DNA of 64,000 bases from Lama glama (lineage: Eukaryota): assembly GCA_028534125.1 (NCBI GenBank), contig CM052817.1:59832001-59896000 (forward strand), given 5' to 3'. This document shows, in pieces, positions 23,673-35,150 of this stretch (positions are counted from its first letter, which is position 1; each line of letters starts with the position of its first letter). Both the position numbers and the translations under genes were made by a program. Below the pieces are notes generated by a model. That model was given only the letters and a program-made list of their open reading frames with translations. It was not told where the DNA came from and searched no databases.

Positions 23673-24487
23673 CTGGAAATAAATTTAAAGTGAAACAATA
23701 GGAAAATAATTAGCATATCCCATTTTGCTTGAATTTTTTGCTTGTTTGCTTATTTATTCAATCACTTGTTTATGACTCAGGATATTTATTTATATTTTCT
23801 TTCATCCTATTTATGGAGAGCTGGTACACAAAAAAGATACTCTCCATACTTTTGAGGATCTCATAACACCTTGTACATAAATACAAACCCTTGGTAAGCT
23901 TTTATACTTTAGATACCCTTTTGTTCACTTTTGTGTCTGTATTACCAAAGAATATTAAATATCTTTTAATTATATTGTCTTCAAATATTTTGTTTCTGTG
24001 CAACAAAAGATAAACCCACCATAAACACTTGAAATACAAATGCATAGTACTTGGGTTTTATTCAAAGAACTCTGCAATCAGTCAGCTGCAAGAGGTAATG
24101 GTTTTAAACTTAAGTTTTCCAGAGTTAGAATATTTGATTTTTTAAAATTTCTTGGAATATATGAAAATGATTTCAAGGAAATAATACAAATAAAATCTTT
24201 CTGGATTTTGCATCATTTGGTGACACTATATGCAAATCCAAATATTGTATCCCTGTCTATAAGTGACTATCTACTTTTGAGTTATGTCAGAAAGCAACAA
24301 AATTTTCACATAGGCAAAAAAATCTCCTATGATGCAGTATTGAGATTTTAAAAATGATTCCTAGAGAACTATTGTATTTTCTAGTCAAACTGAGAAATAA
24401 TGTTAATACTTGTATCACGTAGCCAACTAATAAATATTTTCTCCATATTCATGCTTTTAATTCTACAATTTGATAATTAACGTGTCC

Positions 24488-24595
24488 ATCTCCTCCTCCT
24501 GTCTGTGTGTGTGTGTATGTGTGTTTGTGTATTTGTGTCTCTTCTCCCTCCTGTTCTCCCTCCTCCTTTCTTTTTCTTTCTCCTTTCCTTTTTCC
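24488..24595. repeat. (TG)n tract plus CT-rich low-complexity tract
   Basis: Directly visible. Confidence 0.85.
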
Positions 24596-24864
24596 AGAAC
24601 AAATTTGGGTTTTTCAGTGGATTTGTTGCCTGATAATTCTTCCAGTTAGAAGTTAGAATAAAAGTTAATTAACTTAATAGTATTAGAAAACTGTATATTC
24701 AAATCTGGCCCTGCCAAGATACAAAAAAGTTCAGATTATCTCTGCACCAAGACTCAATTTGCTATGTACAGATTTAAACTTTAAAAGAAAAAGTCTCAAA
24801 ATAGTGAAGCTGGTTGAACAATGAAACTGGATATTGGTGAAACTTTAAGGAAATTTAAAAACAA

Positions 24865-25020
24865 GAAAGGCAAAAGGACAAATACATTAATTTCACTTTA
24901 TGAATTATCTCAAATAGTCAAATTTATAGATACAGAACATAGAATGCTAATTGCCAGAGGAATGGAGGAGGAAGAAATGTTTTTTAGTGTGTTTTGTACC
25001 ACAATTACAAGTAAATAAAT
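24865..25020 (+). mobile_element. Old L1M 3' UTR fragment
   Basis: aaaggacaaatacattaatttcactttatga...atagtcaaatttatagatacagaacatagaatgctaattgccagagg, an L1MB-type 3' motif. Confidence 0.7.
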
Positions 25021-25899
25021 AAGCAAGCAAGAATTGACCTATAAGAAATAATTACTTTCCTCTGAGTGTAATCATTTTTCAGAATGTGACAAGAAGTCTT
25101 TTCAATCATCCTCACTTTTATACAACTCAGCTGTGCTTTATCACTTCATAAAGCAAGGCATTATAAAACTTTATCTTACAATTAAAAATCAAGTTTGAAA
25201 TAAAAGCCCTTTGGTGAAAGGTATGGCATTTACTTAAATCCATATAAAGTTTTCTGACCCAGGTTTTTGACTGATCTAATGGAAAAAGAAGCCCAGAACC
25301 CAAAATTGAAGGCAAACCATGATTACATAATAACACAGAATAAGGAAAGAGAAAAGTCTGGAATAGGGGAAGAAAAATACACATATTAAAGTAAATGTGT
25401 TAAATTTAATTTGCTTTAGTTTGATTTAGTTATTATAATTAATTTTTACACTAAAAATATCAATGGTAACATGGAATGGCATTAATTAAAACAAAAATTA
25501 TCAAATGAAAACTTGGGAAGCATTTGTCTAATAGGCACCAAAGGAAAAAGTCATCTAATTTGTAACCTTGCTAAGGAAGCAATTTTCCCCAAGGGTTATT
25601 TCAAGAAACAAATCAGAATAATATATATCATTATATCTTCAGGTATTTATCACCTGTGTTATCTAACAATTATTCTATCTAGAAGTACTTTGAAGTATTC
25701 TGTAGTTCAATGTTCTCTGATCGTAAGTACCAAAATAATGTATCTGAAACACTCAAATGTATATGCAACACAGAAATGAACCAATAAATAAATAAACAGA
25801 TGTAGAGATCACACACGCATACATACACAAAGAAAGTCCTTACTACCAGTCCCATGAACTAGTGCTCATGTACTTTATGCCTATGTATGTACTATAGAA

Positions 25900-26220
25900 C
25901 CAGTATCTGCAGTTGGCAAGCTGGAGACCCAGGAGAGCCAGTTGTATAAGTTTTAGTCCTACTTTGAGTCTGATGACAGGAGAACACCAGTGTCTCAGCT
26001 CTAAGACAGTAGGGCAGAGGGAATTTGCCCTTACTCAGCCTTTGGTTCTATTCAGGAATTCATTTGATGAGGCCCACTCACACTGGGGAGAGCAATCTGC
26101 TTTATTCATTCTGCTGACTCAAACCTTAAATCTTATCCAGAAACACTCTCACTGGTATATCCACAATAAAGTTTAACCAGATTTCTGGGCACCTCATGGT
26201 CCAGTCAAATTGACACATGT
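25900..26220 (-). mobile_element. MLT2-family ERVL LTR (partial)
   Basis: Ends ccagaaacactctcac...tttaaccagatttctgggcacctcatggtccagtcaaattgacacat, the reverse complement of the MLT2 5' end. Confidence 0.85.
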
Positions 26221-27029
26221 ATTTGTTGTACATGTACCTTGGCAAAGGAGAGCTCATTATTCTTTTTTCTTGTTTTTTTCAAGCTATCAAGTTTAGAAAT
26301 TTGCAGATCCATTTCATAGCATATTAGAAATTAAATTTGAAGTAGGCTAATGTAAGTCTCACTGATAGTCAAAGAAGAAATATATCAAATATCTAAAGTT
26401 GAGAAAAAAATAAAGAGAGCAGTCTAGGAACAATTCCTGAGCCATGGGCCAATATAATGATTTCTGTTCACAGTAATGCCAAATTATTCTGCTCTTTCCA
26501 GAACAGTGTTTAATATTTTTAGAACAAAAACTATCTAAAAGAGTAAGTCTATTGAGTTTAATATTTAAATTGATAAATTTCTATTATCTCAAAAATGAAT
26601 TCTCCATTTAAAAGTAGATTATTTGTATATCATTTGTAAGTGATTCAGGTGCAAATGTGAAAGAAAAATCTCTAAAACTATTTTTCTATGGAAAAATGCC
26701 AAATTCACTATTGAAATGCCGTAGTCACTTTAGAAAGAAGTGAATTTTTGGTGTATGATTTATCTATGTTATGCAAGTTGTATTGTATAACATAAGCAAG
26801 TATAAAAATTCAAAAACTTAAAAAATATTAAAGGGCTAATATATATTTCAGATTTGCTAGGTGTTGATTGGTTCAAAAATTTGCAAAAATCAATGAGTTA
26901 TAAAATGCTCAGGGTTCACTGCTATTACCGTGCTCACCTCTGTGCCATATGATGCATTTATTCACACAGAATCATGTATTGCGTACATTTATTTGACAGA
27001 TAATTTATTAATTGGCCAGAGATCCAAAT

Positions 27030-27330
27030 GCAGACAAAACTTCCTGGATACCTGAGCTGATCTTAGAAAATTGATCAGCATTATGTAGGTGTTGAAGGAC
27101 AGAGGGAATGAAAAGTACCAACTGAAATAGGAAGGCATCTTGAGACTGACAACTGAGGCAGGCAGTTCCCTATGATCAATGGATTAGTTTATTACAGAGT
27201 AACTTTCTCACAGGGTGGGATTGTGTGGATGATAATCTGGAAGCAATAGCAGATGCACTTTGCACCATACGGGGCCATTGGGACAATTTTATACTTAACC
27301 TAAGGTATGAGGGTAGATGCTTGGAAATAG
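27030..27330 (-). mobile_element. Highly diverged LINE-2 fragment
   Basis: aaaacttcctggatacctgagctgatcttagaa...ggccattgggacaattttatacttaacctaagg aligns loosely to the antisense L2 body. Confidence 0.55.
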
Positions 27331-27794
27331 AACATGTGTTCCTAAGTCGAGATTCATGAATGGATAACTTAGTCTCCTGGGTGCCAAGAATATGTTGGTG
27401 AAGGTTCTCATCATTGTTTGAGGATCAACAGAACATAATAGGCCATCTGGTCCTAATGATAATTAAACAAAATCTATTAACTGCAAAGCCCTTGATGACA
27501 CAGAAGGGATTTACTGCACAGTACAGTCCTGGGTAGAGTCAACGGAAAGACAGGAGAAACTATAAGAGCCCAAGATGGCAACAGTTATGCCAACAGCCAT
27601 ACAATAGGTGAAGAATCGTGTTGATTGATGAAATTCCTTGTAGAAGGGGTACTATTCCACATGGATGTGGTAATTAGCATGAAGTATGCATATGGGTATA
27701 TATGACAGGCAACACAGGCAGTTTCGTGTTCCCCGAGTGATGAGAATAGAGACTGGAGAGGCAGGTAATAGATAGTGAAGTACTCTGTAAGATA

Positions 27795-29040
27795 TGTTTA
27801 TTAATTAATTTATTTAATAAATTCATCCATTTTTTGAGTACCTAGTATTTGGTAAGCACTATATTAGGTGTTTGGAAAATAGTAGTAAGCAAAACAAATC
27901 AAGATCCCTTTACTAATGGAGCTTATAATTTATAAGGTTAGAAGGTGACCAGTAGTTCATGGGGAAAAAAGAGAATAAGGTAAGGTGATCAGTTATTTGG
28001 CAGATAGAGATGAACTGCTGGCAGTTTTATATAGGGGCATGAGTTGGCTTCATTGAGGAGGTGATTTATGAGCAAAATCCTGAATACTTGGGATATTTGG
28101 GAAGAAAGTATTTCAGGCAAAGGAAAGAGGTAGAGCATATATTCTAAGGCTAAATTGTGCATGGCAGGTTTAAGGAACAGCAGGGGGGTAGGAGGTGATA
28201 CTATTGAAGTGAATAAAGAAGAAAGTAATAGGAGAGGAATACAGACAGTTAACGGTAAGATCATGTATGGTTTTATAGGCAATTGTAAGGACTTTTGCTC
28301 TGTGTGAAATAGGAAAGCATTGAAGGGTTTTAAACAAAGGAGACAAGATCTGAGATCTGACTTAGGTTTTAAAACTGCCATTCCAGCAGCTGAGATGTGA
28401 ATGAATGTAAAGAGCAAGGGTGGAAATAGAAAAACTCCTAATAAGGCTGTTGATACATAATGTGATTTCTCAGTTGATTGGCTTGTTAAACGTAAGTGCC
28501 GAGATCTGAAATCAAGAGTAAAGAGGAGAAGCATGTTTAGGGGGAAGACAATTCAAATTTACTTTTGACTGTTTACAATTTCAGTTTATATGGTATATTC
28601 TGGTGTAGATAACCAGCAGGCATTTGAAACCTGAGAATAAAATTCCTAAGAAAGCTTTAAGCAGAGCTTAAAATTTAGGGAGAAAACAGCATTAATGTTA
28701 AAAGTGATACCATGTGAATGGATGAGGATATAATGGAGAGTAAGAAATGGTATATTCTCAAAATATTTAAAAAGTTGAATAAAAATACTTGAGATTTATG
28801 TGGAGGAAGGGGAACACATTAAAGAGATTATAAACTGGTTATAGCAAGGGGAGTTATGAGTCAGTAATAAGGGAATTTTGAAGTTTTAAAATAGCGTCAT
28901 TTATACATAGTCACACTGTAAAATAAATACTGTTATTGTGCAGTAGAAGTGAGAAGAACATCGATGACCGCTTTTATGGTAGGCAAAAGTACATGGATGC
29001 AGATGAAAGCAGAGGAATGTAGGGGATGGACTGGGTAAAA
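27795..29040 (-). mobile_element. LINE-2, 3' part of a long interrupted element
   Basis: attcatccattttttgagtacctagtatttggtaagcactatattagg start; L2 body; source of the antisense ORF 27989-28534. Confidence 0.85.
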
Positions 29041-29044
29041 AGAG

Positions 29045-32000
29045 TGAGACTGAAATGCACTAATTCAAAGACATAGACCATCAGAGTGAATCAAAAGACA
29101 GGACCCAACTCTAAATGGTCTAAAAAACCCACTTTGAAAATGAAGACGCATACAGAATGAAAGTAAATGGATGGAGTAAAATAAATCATGCTAACACTAA
29201 TAAAAAGAAAGCAAAAGTAGCTATATTAATTTCAAAGAGAGCAGGCTTCAAAGCAAGGAAAATTATGAGGGATAAAAAATAGCATTACATAAGGATAAAG
29301 TTCAGTTCTCTATAAAGACATAAAAATTTTTAACATGTATGTGCCTAACAACAGAGTGTCAAACTATGTGAGGCAGAACATTATTGAATTGCAAGGAGAA
29401 ATAGATGAATCAACTACCAGAGTTGGAGACTTTAACAGCCTTTTCTCAGAAATGAACAGATTCAGCAGGCAGAAAATCAGTAAGGGCATAGTTGAACTCA
29501 ACAATACCATCAGTCAACTGGATATAATTCAATTCTATAGAGTACTTCATCCAACAGCAGAAGAATACACATCTTTCTCAAGCTCACTTTGAACATTCTT
29601 GTAGAACACATTCTGGGTCATGAAACATAACTTAACAAATTTGAAACAATAGAAAACATACAATGTCTGCTCTTAGATCATTGTGGAATTTAACTAGAAA
29701 CCAGTAACAGAAAGATAACTGAAAAATCCCAAAATATGTGCACATTAAATGACAAACTGCTAAATAACAAGGACCAAAGAAAAAAATCTCAAGAAATTTA
29801 AAATATTTTGAACTAATTGAAAATGAAAACACAACTTATCAAAATTTGTAGGATACAACAAAAGTAGGGCTAGAAAGTCATTTATAGCATTGAATACATA
29901 TATTAGAAAAGAAGAAAGATGTAAAGTCAGTAATCTTAGTTTTGATCTGTGGAATCCAGGAAAAGAAGAGCAAATTAAATCTGAAGTAAGTAGAAGAAGG
30001 AAATAATAAGAATTAGAGGAGGAATTAATGAAATTGAAACAGGATAAAATCAATAAAGTCAACAAAGCCAAAATCTAGTTCTTTGAATAGATCAATAAAA
30101 TTGATGTTTTCAGCCATGCTAACTAAGAGAAGAAGATAATGAAATTATTATATCAGAAATGAGAGAGGGGATATCACTACAGATGCCATGGATATTATAA
30201 GGATGATAAAAAGAATACTATAAATAATTTTATATTCATTAGTTTGATAACATAGAAAAAACGGACCAATTCCTTGAAAGATATAATCTTTCAAAACTTA
30301 CACAAAAAGAAATAGATGATCTGAGTAGGGCTATATCTATTAAAGAAATTGACCCAATAATTAATAACATTCCAAAACAGAACCAGGTCAAGATGGGCTT
30401 GCTAGTGAATTTTACCGGTTTGCATTTAATAAAGAAATTACACCAATTCTCTACAATCTCTTTTAAAAAATATAAACAAAGAGAATACTTCTTAACTTGT
30501 TTTTAACAACATCAGCATAATAGCAAAACCAACAAAGATATTATAAGAAAATAAAACTGCAGACCAAAATTCCTTATGAACATAGATGCAGAAACCCTCA
30601 ACAAATATTAGCAAATCAAATCTAACAATGTATTAAAAAATTATGCACTATCACCAAGTAGGATTTATCCCAGGTATGCAAGGCTGATTCAATATTTAAA
30701 AATCAGTTATTGTAATCCATCACATTAACAGATAGAAGAAGAAAAAATCACATTATTATATGAAGGGGTGGAGAAAGCATTTGACAAAATCCAACATCCA
30801 TTCATGATAAAAAAAAAATTTGGTAAACTAGGAATAGAGGGGAGCTTTCTCAACTTAACAAAGAACATCTACAAAAAAACTTACAGTTATTGGCGAGAAA
30901 TTCATAACTTTCCTGTCAGGTACAAGGCAATGACGTCTCCTCCTGCCAATCCTTTTCAGGATTTACTGGAAATTGTTATTAATGTAATAAGGGAAGAAAA
31001 AAATTAAAAGTATACAGGTGAAAAGGAAGACAAAAACTGTCTTTGTTTACAGATGACATGATTGTCTATGTAGAAAAATATGAAAAAAAAATCCTGGAAC
31101 TAATAATACATGATTATAGCAAAGTTGCAGAATATACAGTTGGTATACAAAACCCAATTGTTTTCTTATATACTAGCAATTAATAAGTAGAATTTGATAT
31201 TATAATACATTAGTACATTAGCATCTCAAATAATAACTAAACTATAAATCTAACAAAATATATCCATGGTCTTTTTTTGGAAGAATAATACAAGTCAGAT
31301 AAAAGAAGTCAAACAAGTAAACAAATGGTGAAGACAGGCTCCATGTTCATGGACAGTAAAATTCCATTTGTTAATATGTCAGTTCTTCCCAACTTGATAT
31401 AAATAAAGGCAAAATATCTAGACAGTTGCAATCTTGAAGAAGAAGAACAAAGTTGGAGGACTGACACTACCTGACTTCAAGACTTAGTATAACGATATGG
31501 TAATCAGGTGGCATGGTTTTGGTGAGAGAATAGACAGATTAAGATTAAGATCATAGACAAACAGAATAGAAACCCTAGAAATAGACTTCTCTAAATAATG
31601 TCAACTGATATTTGACAAACGAACAAGCAATTCAATGGATTAAAGGTAGTTTCTTCAACAAATGGTGCTAGAACAAGTGGACATCCATATGCAAATTGGC
31701 ACAAATGTTACACCCTTTCCAAAAATTAACTCAAAATGGATCATAGACCTAAATGTAAAATGCAAACTATAGAAGTCCTAAAAAATAACATAGCAAAAAA
31801 CCTTGGTTTTGATGATGCTTTTTATATATAATATCAAAGGCATGATCCATTAAAGAAATTATTAATGAGCTAGTTTCATTAAAATTAAGAACTTCTGCTT
31901 TGCAAAAAACAATGTCAAGAAAATTAGAAAACAAGCAACAAGCTGGGAGAAAATATTTGCAAAAGACACATCTGATCAGGAATGTCACCGAAATTACACA

Positions 32001-33095
32001 AAGATCTCTTAAAACTCACCAAGAAAACACACATCTCAACTTAAAAATGTGTCAAAGACTTTTAACAGACACCTCAGCAAAGAAGATATACAGATTGCTA
32101 ATAAGAATATGAAAATATTCTACACACTATATGTAATCATGGAAAGGCAATTAAAACAACAATGAAATACCACTATACACTTATTAGAATGGCCAAAATC
32201 CAGAACACTGACAGCATCAAATGCTAGTGAGGATGTAAAGCAATAGGAACTCTCGTTCATTTTTGATGTGAAAGCAAAATAGTGCAGCTACTTTAGAAGA
32301 GAGTTTGACAGTTTCTTACAAAGCTAAACATACTCTTACCATACTGTCTAACCATCACACTTTTTGGTATTTACCCAAAGTAGTTGAAACTTACATTCAC
32401 ACAAAAGCCTCCGCATGGATATTTATAGCAGCTTTATTTGTAATTGCTAAAACTTGGAAGCAACTAGAATATCTTGTAGCAGGTAAATGGATAAATAAAC
32501 TGCTTCATTGTGACATTGGGGTATTATTCAATAGTAAAAAGAAATGGACTATTAAGTTATGAAAATACATAGAAGAACCTAAAATGCACATCACTAGATG
32601 AAAGAATCCACTTATAAGCCACTAAGTGAAAAGGATATATACTATATGATTCCAGCTATATGAGATTATATAAATAGCAAAGCTATTGAGGCAATACACC
32701 TGTGGCTTGCAGTGGTATGTACGTGTGTGTATGGTGGAGAGATATGTAGGTGAAAGAGAAATGATTTTTTGAGCACTGAAAATACTGTGAGTGATATTAT
32801 AATGACTGATGTATGTTATCATACTTTTGTCCAAATCCATAGAATGTACAACATCAAGAGTGTACAACATAAGGTAACTGGACTTTGGGTGACTATGATC
32901 TATCAAAGTAGCTTCATTTTTTTTTTTTTAGTAGCTTCATTTTTGATAACAAATGTACATTCTGGTGAGTGATGTTGATAATAGGATGGGTGGGAGCATG
33001 GGTGGGAGCAGAGGGTATACAGAATACATCTATATCTTTCTCTCAACTTTGTTGCTAACCTAAAATTGCTGTAAAAATAGAGGTTTAAAAAATTC
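29045..33095 (+). mobile_element. LINE-1 (L1MC1/2-like), about 4 kb, degenerate ORF2 and 3' UTR
   Basis: Endonuclease YVPNNRVSNYVRQ...VGDFNS (29335-29592), RT EKAFDKIQHPFMIK (30768) and LSLFTDDMIVYVE (about 31040), C-terminal IFIAALFVIAKTWKQ. L1MC-type 3' UTR gtccaaatccatagaatgtacaac...aacctaaaattgct. Many stops and frameshifts. Confidence 0.96.
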
Positions 33096-33099
33096 AACA

Positions 33100-33587
33100 G
33101 GTAGTAGGTGCAAGGAGGAATCAGAATGACAACAAAGGCTTAGAGAGTGGGAATACGAAAAGGAGACTACACTTTCATGAAGTTTGAATAAGAATTGGAA
33201 GGAAGAGATGGAACTGTAGCTTTAGGTTATGGGGAAAAGGGAGAAGTATATCACATTCTAATAGGATCTAGTTTCTTTCATTCCAGGAGGAGACAATGTA
33301 GAAAATAGAGTAATTTGAGCAAGGCCATATAGAAGGTGGGTAAGATGTGCTGTAAGTGGGACTTCACTGTAAAAGGCAGAAAAGTTGATGAGGATGAATA
33401 AACCTTCACATGAATTTTTAGATTAAAAGAGGAAAGTTAAGGAAAACAATGCCTTGTGACTACAAACTTCTCAATGAAGCACTTAAAGTTATCTCTTTTG
33501 TCAATTGAGGGTTGAGTACAAACTTGAAGTACCTGCAGAAGAAAATGGAAGTAAATCCTAGACATGGGAAAGTAAAAAGTTAATGGG
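33100..33587 (-). mobile_element. LINE-2 continuation
   Basis: Purine-rich L2 body resuming after the L1 tail (agactacactttcatgaagtttg...ggaaggaagagatgg). Confidence 0.6.
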
Positions 33588-34107
33588 TGTATTAGTTTCC
33601 CTTTGTTGCTGTAACGAATTACCATAAATTCAGAACTTAAAAAATACCGTTTTATTACTTTAAAATTCTTTAGGTCAGAAGTCTGACATATGTTTCAGTA
33701 CCTAAAATTGAGATGGCAGCAAGGCTGCATTCTTCTCTGCTCCAAGCTCTAGGGTAAATCCACTGCCTTGCTTTTTCCAGAGTCAAAATGCTGACTGAAT
33801 TCTCTGGCTTAGACCCCCTTCTATCTCCAAAGCCAGCAATGACTATCCAATACTTTCTCATATCTCAGTGCTTGACAATGATTCTTCTGTTTCCATCTTC
33901 CATGTTGAAAGGATCCTAGTGATGCTGGTGATTAAATCAGACACTCCCAAATAAACCAAGATAATCTCACTGTTTTTAAGTCAACTGGTTAATAAATTTA
34001 ATTCCATCTGCTGCATGAATTCCTCTTTGCCATCTAACCTAACTCATTTAGAGGTTCCAGGGATTAGAAGGTGGACCATCTTTGAGACCATTATTCTGCC
34101 CATCACA
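33588..34107 (-). mobile_element. MLT1D-like MaLR solo LTR, full length
   Basis: TG...CA termini: tgtattagtttccctttgttgctgtaacgaattacc ... gggattagaaggtggaccatctttgagaccattattctgcccatcaca. Flanks atggg/atgac are a possible decayed 5-bp TSD. Confidence 0.9.
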
Positions 34108-35150
34108 ATGACTGATGCTGAGGGTCAAGCTAAATTTAGAGACTATCAATTGAAATGATGCCAGTCTTGGAAATGGATACTTTATACATTGTGATAAAAA
34201 TACAGATAAATTTGGTTTGGCATGAATTCAGGGTTCAGACTTGGGGTTTTAGTGAAAGAATAGGACTACAGAAACCGAGGTGGTAATGAGACAGTATGTT
34301 GCATAATGACCCATGATGTCCAGGACTGTTAGCAAAAGACATTAGACAAGCAAAAGGGTGACAGATTTCAGGGGGTGAGAGTAGAGTGGGAAATGGAAGA
34401 AAATAGGAACTGGAGAAATCTGTGTGATAAAAAGTAGCTATGATGTATTTAAGGAAGAGGAAGAACGAGAAAGATAATACTCAAAATATTATTCAAAGAG
34501 TAGGATATTTGAGTTTAAGATTTCAGAATTAGACTAGTTCAGGGTGGTGACAACTTCCAGGGCATAATCATGGGGACAGGTGGTTAAAGAACAGTGGATA
34601 TAGTGGTTGTTCAAGTGGATAAATCTAAATATTAGTAAAGTTATGGGGTTGGGTGGACCATTCATATGTATCCTGAAGTCACTTACAATGAAGGCTGACC
34701 TTATGGAAAGATAATGACGCTGGTAATAATTCCTCAGTCACTGAGGGAGAACTGTCAGGAAAGTAGTTAAATGTGGAGGTACTTACAGTAGAGGTACAGA
34801 TACACAGCATGAAGAATAGGGAAGTAGGGATTTATACTTGCATAGACAATAAATAATCTGGAAGCAGCTTTAGGGAAAATGTCCTTCACCTTCTGAACCT
34901 GAAATATGCAAGAGGAGTAAGAATAAAGAGAATCTTCTGAAGAAAGCTGGGGAGGAAGTTGAGCACTTAGGATTGAGTTAGGTTTCATTTAAGGCACAAA
35001 AATGAAGATGCAGAGACATTTATTTACAATAGAACTACGTTTGAAAAGGCACAATGGAAAGCTCTGCAAGGAAGGGCTGCATTAGTGGTTTTATCAGGGG
35101 CCAGAGAGAATTATAGGGCAGTATTCCATGCTCATGACAACAGATGAGAA
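34108..35150 (-). mobile_element. LINE-2 5' region including endonuclease remnant
   Basis: Minus translation at about 34540-34700 gives AFIVSDFRIHMNGPPN...TTCPHDYALEVVT, matching the L2 APE endonuclease motifs GDFNIH and TH..GHTLDLVIT. Confidence 0.7.

Noticed and set aside
27010..27770. Possible endogenous RNA-virus (bornavirus L / filovirus NP-like) fragment, from short peptides such as LRQAVPYDQWISLL and SINCKALDDTEG
   Set aside because: The matches are short, in different frames, with wrong spacing, and lack the conserved mononegaviral motifs. 27030-27330 is better explained as diverged antisense L2. 27330-27740 stays unassigned; tBLASTx against viral proteins would settle it.
27989..28534. 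Longest ORF (181 aa, hydrophobic)
   Set aside because: Lies wholly in an L2 fossil; pyrimidine-rich composition explains the lack of stops; no recognisable domain.
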